Assembly: GCA_051362555.1 (NCBI GenBank)
Contig: CM120648.1
Location: 14,132,587-14,196,586 of the forward strand
Source: Lingula anatina
Taxonomy: Eukaryota; Animalia; Brachiopoda
Direction of reading: 5' to 3'
DNA length: 64,000 nt
Part shown: positions 53,951 to 64,000 of the stretch, one piece after another
How the letters are laid out: the number at the start of each line of letters is the position of its first letter
Position numbering within the stretch: position 1 is the stretch's first letter
The notes under the pieces: generated by a model
Databases searched by the model: none
What the model saw: only the letters and a program-made list of their open reading frames with translations
Told to the model about the DNA's origin: nothing
Translations under genes and position numbers: made by a program

Positions 53951-54189
53951 ACACGCACACACCAAGTCTTCTTTGAGATTAAGTGAAGACACAGAAGCAT
54001 GACACAATGTTATAGTTCTAAACAGATATTCTCCCTGTTCGATTCATACAGCTTTCAATATCAGCATGATTTCATACCTTTATTTTGTTTAGTTTTTTAC
54101 ATAAATTTTGAAGTTTATGAAGCTTTTAACACTAAATTCTCAAACACAAAAAAGGTCCACTCCTTCGATAAAAGACCCCTCCTCCCCTT

Positions 54190-55265
54190 TTGAAATTGCT
54201 TGCTAAGGGGCCTGCTGTGAGATGTGTTCAGAACACTGGGGTCAATACTCTGCTACAGCAACCACCGACTCGAGCACTGGTGATAAAGCAGACCTTGAAG
54301 GCATGTGTGGTGGAAATGCAAAGGGACACTGAGCCAACACTTGAGAAATACTGCATTTTACCAGGTGATTCATATGCATTAAAGGGCTACCAACCTACCT
54401 CACAGTAATATCCCTCCAGTTCTACTGAAATTCATAGCCAACCATCACCTCAGTCTCGGACAGAATTCATGTGCACTGGCCAAAGTATCCTGGAGCTCTG
54501 GGATGTTTTCTAGACAACTGAAAATGGACAATTAAAAACTGATTAACAGACTCAATGACGATGTTAAGCGGCAGTGTGCTATGAAATTTTCCCTGTATAT
54601 ATCAGGCAGGTGCTGGGGATGTGAACATGATGATAAAAAACTGACCTATACCAGTGATGCCATGATAGAATGTTACCATGTGAACCATAACTTGTGCATA
54701 ACATGAGGCAAGTCATTCACATATGCCAGGGTACAAATAGGTACCATTGGAACAAGCCCATGCTACCAGATGGCTACAGGCTACATATGACTGATGAGGA
54801 GAAAGATAAATTAAGACAAGCTATTGGCTACAAAATAGACAGAAATGCAGTATGTGCTCTTTCAGCAATTTAATAGTAACAGCCAGAAGCAGAAGCAGGG
54901 AACCACTGATACTAATACATCAACAAACCCAAAATGTGTCACCATGTCAAGGAATTTCAGTGGCAGCTTGGACACGCGGTGCAGTCGTCAAGGTGAACAA
55001 TGGACCAGGCCAGTCTACAGTGCAACTTGTGGGTCATTCTGGGGCCATCCTTGTCCACAATTCCTGTGTTCGGCGTTAGCTGAAAAGTGAAGATGAACAA
55101 GTGAAAATGAGAAAGGACTTTTAAATACAAGCCAAATACATGCAAAACAAGAACTGTTTTGAGAAAATATCTAATGTATGACTCAAGACCAAGTAAAGTT
55201 ATCAGTACAGAAAAGATATATGCATGACAAGCTGCCACAGAAATCCATTAGATGCCATCCAGATC
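54190..55265 (+). pseudogene. Decayed DDE transposase fragment (copy 3)
   Basis: Paralogous to 46217-47290. Confidence 0.62.
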
Positions 55266-56805
55266 AGAATAATAAAAAACATACTGAATTTTATACATAC
55301 ACTGTTGTCTGTTAGTTATTCATTAAATTGTTTTTTATGGATTGGGGGTGAAAGGTAGGGTTGATTTTAAAGTAACACTTAAAAGATTTGGCCAAATTTT
55401 AAGGGTCACACTTAAAAAAGTGGGGTTAATTTTATGGTTAGGGTAAGGGTAAGACATAGGGCTAGACTTAGGGCTAGCTAGGATAAAGATTAGGGTTAGC
55501 CTTAGGGACCATTCCCAGTCTATCTCCCTGGGGAGTTTATTAAATTCCCATCCACTTAAAGGGCTTAAATGTCTGTCACGCCTTGTAAAACTGTTAGGGG
55601 GTAATTACTTTACCCTCTAGCTGATTAAGACATTTAAGCTGGTTAAGTTGACAGTAATCTAGTGAGACTCCCCAGGGAGTTAGATCGATCCATATGCATC
55701 GGTCTGAGCATGAGAACCCAGTCCTAAAAGTTGGGCTTAATGTTAGGGTAATGATTAAAGGTAGGTTTACAGGACATACTTCAGATATTGCTCAGTGCAG
55801 GACACATAAATGTGTTTTGATATTGATCCATTTTAAGCATTACAGTTGCCATAGAAATGTAAAAAACATGCCATCCACTTTCCCTCTAGGTTACAAACCA
55901 CTATAAAAAATCCCATTCACTTTCATTGTAATGTTTAATTCTTTCCTTGCTTCAACAAACACTTCCACCTACAACCTAAACAGTATACCTTACCAGTATA
56001 GCCATCCAGTCATAATAATTTCATTGTAAGTATGGTAACACAGTTTTTTTTCATAACGTTTGTGGTGGCAGTGCACAAAGCAGTTTTCTTGTCAATTTTG
56101 ATGCAATATTACATACTGATTAAAAGTGAAATTACCACCAACTAAAATATCTAGCATAAATAACATGAATGTGTAGAAAATTTGATTTTTATTCAGTTTC
56201 ATGCTCGTGAGAGTTCAAAGTCCCATGGTGAAAATGCCAATAAATTTCACAAAAATGTATAACTTAAGAAAAAGAAGCCAATTAACACTGCCTTTCCAAC
56301 TCAGGCTGCATTTTAGTCCTAATTACTGTAAATACACTTATTGTGTCTGTATATAAAAATCAAGATACATGTATCTTATCAGCATAGCCTCCCAGTCACA
56401 AGAACTTTACTGTAAGGTGCTGCCCCCAAGCAGATGAAAAAAGCACTAAAATGCAGCAGAGGGGAGGGTATGCAAAACTGACTGCAGGCAGTAAAATATC
56501 ACCTTGAAATAGAAAATAACACACCAAACTAAAAGAAAATGAACAAATTAATTCCTATAATTCATTAAAAAGCTTTCAAATAATCTGAAATAGAGGAAAA
56601 ACCTCAATTTTCCCTTGTATGCAAATCTTCTTGCCTCAAAATTATCAAATAAGGCTGACCAAAAAGTGATGTATAATGTCTATCTCTCTCTTACACACAC
56701 ACACACACATACACACACACTTGCAGACAGGCACAAATGATGTCATCACTGAGATTATATGAAGACAACCTAGCATATGACTAGATGTATAAATTCCATC
56801 TCTCT

Positions 56806-56837
<32 letters not shown>

Positions 56838-57183
56838 CACACACCAAGTCTTCTTTGAGATTAAGAGAAGACACAGAAGCATGACACAATGTTATAGTTC
56901 TAAACAGATATTCTCCCTGTTCACGTTGGCCTATGTGTTATGTAGAGCATTAAATTAATTGTAATGTTATGACAATACTTGATAAGATGAACACTTGTTT
57001 CTTTTAAATTTCTTCTGTTTTTGACTTTCGATTCATACAGCTTTCAATATCAGCATGATTTCATACCTTTATTTTGTTTAGTTTTTTACATAAATTTTGA
57101 AGTTTATGAAGCTTTTAACACTAAATTCTCAAACACAAAAAAGGTCCACTGAGCTCCTTCGATAAAAGACCCCTCCTCCCCTT

Positions 57184-58260
57184 TTGAAATTGCTTGCTAA
57201 GGGATCTGCTGTGAGATGTGTTCAGAACACTGGGGTCTCTACTCTGCTACAGCAACCACCAAGTCCAGCACTGGTGATAAAGCAGACCTTGAAGGCATGT
57301 GTGGTGGAAATGCAAAGGGACACTGAGCCAACACTTGAGAAATACTGCATTTTAGCAGGTGATTCATATGCACTAAAGGGCTACCAACCTACTTCACAGT
57401 AATATCCCTCCAGTCCTACTGAAATTCATAGCCAACCATCACCTCAGTCTTGGACAGAATTCATGTGCACTGGCCAAAGTATCCTGGAGCTCTGGGATGT
57501 TTTCTAGACAACTGAAAATGGACAATTAAAAACTGATTAACAGACTCAATGATGATGTTAAGCGGCAGTGTGCTATGAAATTTTCACTGTATATAACAGG
57601 CAGGTGCTGGGGATGTGAACATGATGATAAAAAAACTGACCTATACCAGTGATGCCATGATTGAATGTTAACATGTGAACCATTACTTGTGCATAACACG
57701 AGGCAAGTCATTCACATATGCCTGGGTACAAATAGGTACCATTGGAACAAGCCCATGCTACCAGATGGCTATATATGACTGATGAGGAGAAAGATAAATT
57801 AAGACAAGCTATTGGCTAAAAAAAAGACAGAAATGCAGTACGTGCTCTTTCAGGAATTTAATAGTAACAGCCAGAAGCAGAAGCAGGGAACCACTGAAAC
57901 TAATACATCAACAAACCCAAAATGTGTCACCATGTCAAGGAATTTCAGTGGCAGCTTGGACACGCAGTGCAGTCTTCAAGGTAAACAGTGGACCAGGCCA
58001 GTCTACCGGTACAGTGCAACTTGTGGATCATGCTGGGGCCATCCTTGTCCCCAATTCCTGTGTTCGGCGTTAGCTGAAAAGTGAAGATGAACAAGTGAAA
58101 ATGAGAAAGGACTTTTAAATACAAGCCAGATACATGCAAAACAAGAACTGTTTTGAGAAAATATCTAATGTATGACTCAAGACCAAGTAAAGTTATCAGT
58201 ACAGAAAAGATATATGCATGACAAGCTGCCAAAGAAATCCATTAGATGCCATCCAGATCA
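57184..58260 (+). pseudogene. Decayed DDE transposase fragment (copy 4, L' variant)
   Basis: Paralogous to 49210-50285. Confidence 0.62.
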
Positions 58261-58775
58261 GAATAATAATAAACAAATTGAATTTTTTACATACACTGTT
58301 GTCTGTTATTTATTCATTAAACTGTTTTTTATGGATTGGGAGTGAAAGGTAGGGTTGATTTTAAAGTAACACTTAAAAGAACTGGCTAATTTTCAAGGGT
58401 CACACTTTAAAAAGTGGGGTTAATTTTAAGGTTAGAGTAAGGGTAAGACATAGGGCTAGACTAAGGGCTAGGATAAGAATTAGGGTTAGTCTTAGGGACC
58501 ATTCCCACAGATATTTGGATCAGTCTATCTCCCTGGGGAGTTTACTAAATTCCCATCAACTTAAAGGGCTTAAATGTCTGTCACGCCTTGTAAAACTGTT
58601 AGGGGGTAATTACCTTTACCCTCTAGCTGATTAAGACATTTAAGCTGGTTAAGTTGACAGTAACCTAGTGAGCCTCCCCGGGGAGTTAGATCGATCCAGA
58701 TGGATCGGTCTAGGCACGGGAACCCAGTCCTAAAAGTTGGGCTTAATGTTAGGGTAATGATTAAAGGTAGGCTTA

Positions 58776-58969
58776 GGCTTCGTTCACATGCAATGTCTAT
58801 TTTCTCAATTCTATTTTCTATTCGCGCTATCTTATGATCACGGTCTGTGCCCTGAATATCCCGCGGCGTAATTACTGGCAGCGCGAGCCAGTTACTTATA
58901 GTAACTTATAAGACATACCGCAAATAGAAAATAGAATTTAGAAAATAGACATTGCATGTGAATGAAGCC
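58776..58969. mobile_element. PIF/Harbinger MITE insertion with empty sites in paralogous units
   Basis: TTA|ggcttcgttcacatgcaatgtctattttct ... agaaaatagacattgcatgtgaatgaagcc|TTA. The other four L copies read gtaggt-TTA-caggac. Confidence 0.95.
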
Positions 58970-61053
58970 TTACAGGACATACTTCTGATATTGCTCAGTG
59001 CAGGACACATAATTGTGTTTTGATATTGATCCATTTTAAGCATTACAGTTGCCATAGAAATTTAAAAAACACTTTCCCTCTAGGTTACAAACCACTATAA
59101 AAAATCCCATTCACTTTCATTGTAAGGTTTAATTCTTTCCTTGTTCAACAAACACTTCCACCTAAGATTTAAACAGTATACCTTACCAGTATAGCCTTCC
59201 AGTCACAATAATTTCACTGTAAGTATGGTAACACATTTTTTTTCATAACGTTTGTGGTGGCAGTGCACAAAGCAGTTTGCTTGTCAATTTTGATGCAATA
59301 TTACATACTGATTAAAAGTGAAATTACCACCAACTAAAATATCTAGCATAAATAACATGAATGTGTAGAAAATTTGATTTTTATTCTGTTTCATGCTCGT
59401 GAGAGTTCAAAGTCCCATGGTGAAAATGCCAATAAATATCACAAAAATGTATAACTTAAGAAAAAGAAGCCAATTAACACTGCCTTTCCAACTCAGGCTG
59501 CATTTTAGTCCTAATTACTGTAAATACACTTATTGTGTCTGTATATAAAAATCAAGATATCTTATCAGCATAGCCTCCCAGTCACAGGAACTTTACTGTA
59601 AGGTGCTGCCCCCAAGCAGATGAAAAAAGCACTAAAATGTAGCAGGGGGGAGGGTATGCAAAACTGACTGCAGGCAGTAAAATATCACCTTGAAATAGAA
59701 AATAACACACCAAACTAAAAGAAAATGAACAAATTGATTCCCATAATTCATTAAAAAGCTTTCAAACAATCTGAAATAGAGGAAAAACCTCAATTTTCTC
59801 TTATATGGAAATCTTCTTGCCTCAAAAATATCAAATAAGGCTGACCAAAAAGTGATGTATAACCTCTATCTCTCTCTTACACACACAAACACACACATAC
59901 ACACACACACACACACACTTGCAGACAGGCACAAATGATGTCATCACTGAGATTATATGAAGACAACGTAGCTGGCATATGACTTGATGTATAAACTCAA
60001 TCTCTCTCTCTAACACACACATAAAAACACAAACACACACACACGCACACACCAAGTCATCTTTGAGATTAAGTGAAGACACAGAAGCATGACACAATGT
60101 TATAGTTCTAAATAGATATTCTCCCTGTTCACGTTGGCCTACGTGTTACGTAGAGCTTTAAATTAATTGTAATGTTATGACAATACTTGATAAGATGAAC
60201 ACTTGTTTCTTTTAAATTTCTTCTCTTTTTGACTTTCGATTCATACAGCTTTCAATATCAGCATGATTTTATACCTTTATTTTGTTTAGTTTTTTACATA
60301 AATTTTGAAGTTTATGAAGCTTTTAACACTAAATTCTCAAACACAAAAAAGGTCCACTCCTTCGATAAAAGACCCATCCTCCCCTTTTGAATGTGTAGAA
60401 AATTTGATTTTTTTTCAGCTTCATGCTCGTGGGAGTTCAAAGTCCCATGGTGAAAATGCCAATAAATTTCACAAAAATGTATAACTTAAGAAAAAGAAGC
60501 CAATTAACACTGCCTTTCCAACTCAGGCTGCATTTTAGTCCTAATTACTGTAAATACACTTATTGTGTCTGTATATAAAAATCAAGATTGTGTCTGTATA
60601 TAAAAATCAAGATATCTTATCAGCATAGCCTCCCAGTCACAAGAACTTTACTGTAAGGTGCTGCCCCCAAGCAGATGAAAAAAGCACTAAAATGCAGCAG
60701 AGGGGAGGGTATGCAAAACTGACTGCAGGCAGTAAAATATCACCTTGAAATAGAAAATAACACACCAAACTAAAAGAAAATGAACAAATTGATTCCCATA
60801 ATTCATTAAAAACCATTCAAACAATCCGAAATAGAGAAAAAACCTCAATTTTCTCTTATATGGAAATCTTCTTGCCTCAAAATTATCAAATAAGGCTGAC
60901 CAAAAAGTGATGTATAACCTCCATCTCTCTCTTACACACACCCATACAAACACACACACACACACACTTGCAGACAGGCACAAATGATGTCATCATTGAG
61001 ATTATATGAAGACAACGTAGCATATGACTAGATGTATAAATTTCATCTCTCTC

Positions 61054-61093
<40 letters not shown>

Positions 61094-61956
61094 ACACACA
61101 CACACCAAGTCTTCTTTGAGATTAAGTGAAGACACAGAAGCATGACACAATGTTATAGTTCTAAATAGATATTCTCCCTGTTCACGTTGGCTTACGTGTT
61201 ATGTAGAGCATTAAATTAATTGTAATGTTATGACAATACTTGATAAGATGAACACTTGTTTCTTTTAAATTTCTTCTGTTTTTGACTTTCGATTCATACA
61301 GCTTTCAATATCAGCATGATTTCATACCTTTATGTTGTTTAGTTTTTTACATAAATTTTGAAGTTTATGAAGCTTTTAACACTAAATTCTCAAACACAAA
61401 AAAGGTCCACTGAGCTCCTTCGATAAAAGACCCCTCCTCCCCTTTTGAATATGTAGAAAATTTGATTTTTATTCTGTTTCATGCTCGTGGGAGTTCAAAG
61501 TCCCATGGTGAAAATGCCAATAAATTTCACACAAATGTATAACTTAAGAAAAAGAAGCCAATTAACACTGCCTTTCCAATTCAGGCTGCATTTTAGTCCT
61601 AATTACTGTAAATACACTTATTGTGTCTGTATATAAAAATCAAGATATCTTATCAGCATAGCCTCCCAGTCACAAGAACTTTACTGTAAGGTGCTGCCCC
61701 CAAGCAGATGAAAAAAGCACTAAAATGCAGCAGAGGGGAGGGGATGCAAAACTGACTGCAGACAGTAAAATATCACCTTGAAATAGAAAATAACACACCA
61801 AACTAAAAGAAAATGAACAAATTGATTCCCATAATTCATTAAAAACCTTTCAAACAAACCGAAATAGAGGAAAAACCTCAATTTTCTCTTATATGGAAAA
61901 CTTCTTGCCTCAAAATTATCAAATAAGGCTGACCAAAAAGTGATGTATAACCTCTG

Positions 61957-62017
<61 letters not shown>

Positions 62018-62112
62018 CACTTGCAGACAGGCACAAATGATGTCATCACTGAGATTATATGAAGACAACGTAGCATATGACTAGATGTATAAATTCCATC
62101 TCTCTCTCTCTA

Positions 62113-62144
<32 letters not shown>

Positions 62145-62381
62145 ACACGCACACCAAGTCTTCTTTGAGATTAAGTGAAGACACAGAAGCATGACACAAT
62201 GTTATAGTTCTAAACAGATATTCTCCCTGTTCGATTCATACAGCTTTCAATATCAGCATGATTTCATACCTTTATTTTGTTTAGTTTTTTACATAAATTT
62301 TGAAGTTTATGAAGCTTTTAACACTAAATTCTCAAACACAAAAAAGGTCCACTCCTTCGATAAAAGACCCCTCCTCCCCTT

Positions 62382-63460
62382 TTGAAATTGCTTGCTAAGG
62401 GGCCTGCTGTGAGATGTGTTCAGAACACTGGGGTCAATACTCTGCTACAGCAACCACCGACTCGAGCACTGGTGATAAAGCAGACCTTGAAGGCATGTGT
62501 GGTGGAAATGCAAAGGGACACTGAGCCAACACTTGAGAAATACTGCATTTTACCAGGTGATTCATATGCATTAAAGGGCTACCAACCTACCTCACAGTAA
62601 TATCCCTCCAGTTCTACTGAAATTCATAGCCAACCATGCATCACCTCAGTCTCGGACAGAATTCATGTGCACTGGCCAAAGTATCCTGGAGCTCTGGGAT
62701 GTTTTCTAGACAACTGAAAATGGACAATTAAAAACTGATTAACAGACTCAATGACGATGTTAAGCGGCAGTGTGCTATGAAATTTTCCCTGTATATATCA
62801 GGCAGGTGCTGGGGATGTGAACATGATGATAAAAAACTGACCTATACCAGTGATGCCATGATAGAATGTTACCATGTGAACCATAACTTGTGCATAACAT
62901 GAGGCAAGTCATTCACATATGCCAGGGTACAAATAGGTACCATTGGAACAAGCCCATGCTACCAGATGGCTACAGGCTACATATGACTGATGAGGAGAAA
63001 GATAAATTAAGACAAGCTATTGGCTACAAAATAGACAGAAATGCAGTATGTGCTCTTTCAGCAATTTAATAGTAACAGCCAGAAGCAGAAGCAGGGAACC
63101 ACTGATACTAATACATCAACAAACCCAAAATGTGTCACCATGTCAAGGAATTTCAGTGGCAGCTTGGACACGCGGTGCAGTCGTCAAGGTGAACAATGGA
63201 CCAGGCCAGTCTACAGTGCAACTTGTGGGTCATTCTGGGGCCATCCTTGTCCACAATTCCTGTGTTCGGCGTTAGCTGAAAAGTGAAGATGAACAAGTGA
63301 AAATGAGAAAGGACTTTTAAATACAAGCCAAATACATGCAAAACAAGAACTGTTTTGAGAAAATATCTAATGTATGACTCAAGACCAAGTAAAGTTATCA
63401 GTACAGAAAAGATATATGCATGACAAGCTGCCACAGAAATCCATTAGATGCCATCCAGAT
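62382..63460 (+). pseudogene. Decayed DDE transposase fragment (copy 5)
   Basis: Near-identical to 54190-55265. Confidence 0.62.
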
Positions 63461-64000
63461 CAGAATAATAAAAAACATACTGAATTTTATACATACACTG
63501 TTGTCTGTTAGTTATTCATTAAATTGTTTTTTATGGATTGGGGGTGAAAGGTAGGGTTGATTTTAAAGTAACACTTAAAAGATTTGGCCAAATTTTAAGG
63601 GTCACACTTAAAAAAGTGGGGTTAATTTTATGGTTAGGGTAAGGGTAAGACATAGGGCTAGACTTAGGGCTAGCTAGGATAAAGATTAGGGTTAGCCTTA
63701 GGGACCATTCCCAGTCTATCTCCCTGGGGAGTTTATTAAATTCCCATCCACTTAAAGGGCTTAAATGTCTGTCACGCCTTGTAAAACAGTTAGGGGGTAA
63801 TTACTTTACCCTCTAGCTGATTAAGACATTTAAGCTGGTTAAGTTGACAGTAATCTAGTGAGACTCCCCAGGGAGTTAGATCGATCCATATGCATCGGTC
63901 TGAGCATGAGAACCCAGTCCTAAAAGTTGGGCTTAATGTTAGGGTAATGATTAAAGGTAGGTTTACAGGACATACTTCAGATATTGCTCAGTGCAGGACA

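Larger units (their letters stand above)
45530..64000 (+). repeat. Complex tandem array with a ~8-kb higher-order repeat (L-S-L'-S-S-S)
   Basis: L blocks start at 46217, 49210, 54190, 57184 and 62382. S blocks start at ~48193, 51197, 52227, 53262, 56166, 59358, 60388 and 61446. HOR periods are 7973 and 8192 bp. The array runs off the window end. Confidence 0.95.

Noticed and set aside
48701-62076. Minus-strand Cys/Val-rich ORFs (CVCVCV) repeated in the array
   Set aside because: They are translations of (TG)n/(GA)n microsatellites
45530-64000. The array as intact tandem KolobokP elements, or as a pure assembly artefact
   Set aside because: No TTAA-bounded TIRs, N-terminal transposase half or nuclease ORF were seen. 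The copies carry structured private variants (a MITE, indels, a 25-bp duplication near 60562), which argues against simple duplication by the assembler.

Overview
AT-rich, repeat-dense eukaryotic DNA; the repeat families suggest an invertebrate, probably a mollusc (inference). One convincing host coding exon is present: 26515-24958 on the minus strand, 519 codons, ending at a GT donor. It encodes a long low-complexity region, then a hydrophobic helix followed by Trp, like the first helix of a PMP22/claudin-like protein. The rest is mobile-element debris. This includes two Tc1 transposases (one with both TIRs, TA TSD and DD34E), fragments of three LINE clades (RTE-X-like, Rex1-like, L1/Tx1-like), PIF/Harbinger-type MITEs with 3-bp TSDs, a TTAA-flanked Kolobok-like element, Helentron-associated HINEs, a ~85-bp degenerate satellite and a 33-bp minisatellite. 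From ~45.5 kb to the window end lies a hierarchical tandem array. A ~2-kb block (L) and a ~1-kb block (S) are arranged as a ~8-kb higher-order repeat, L-S-L'-S-S-S. L carries a decayed Kolobok/'Mutator-like' DDE transposase. No prokaryotic features, RNA genes or CRISPR arrays were seen. Family names come from recalled motifs, not database searches.
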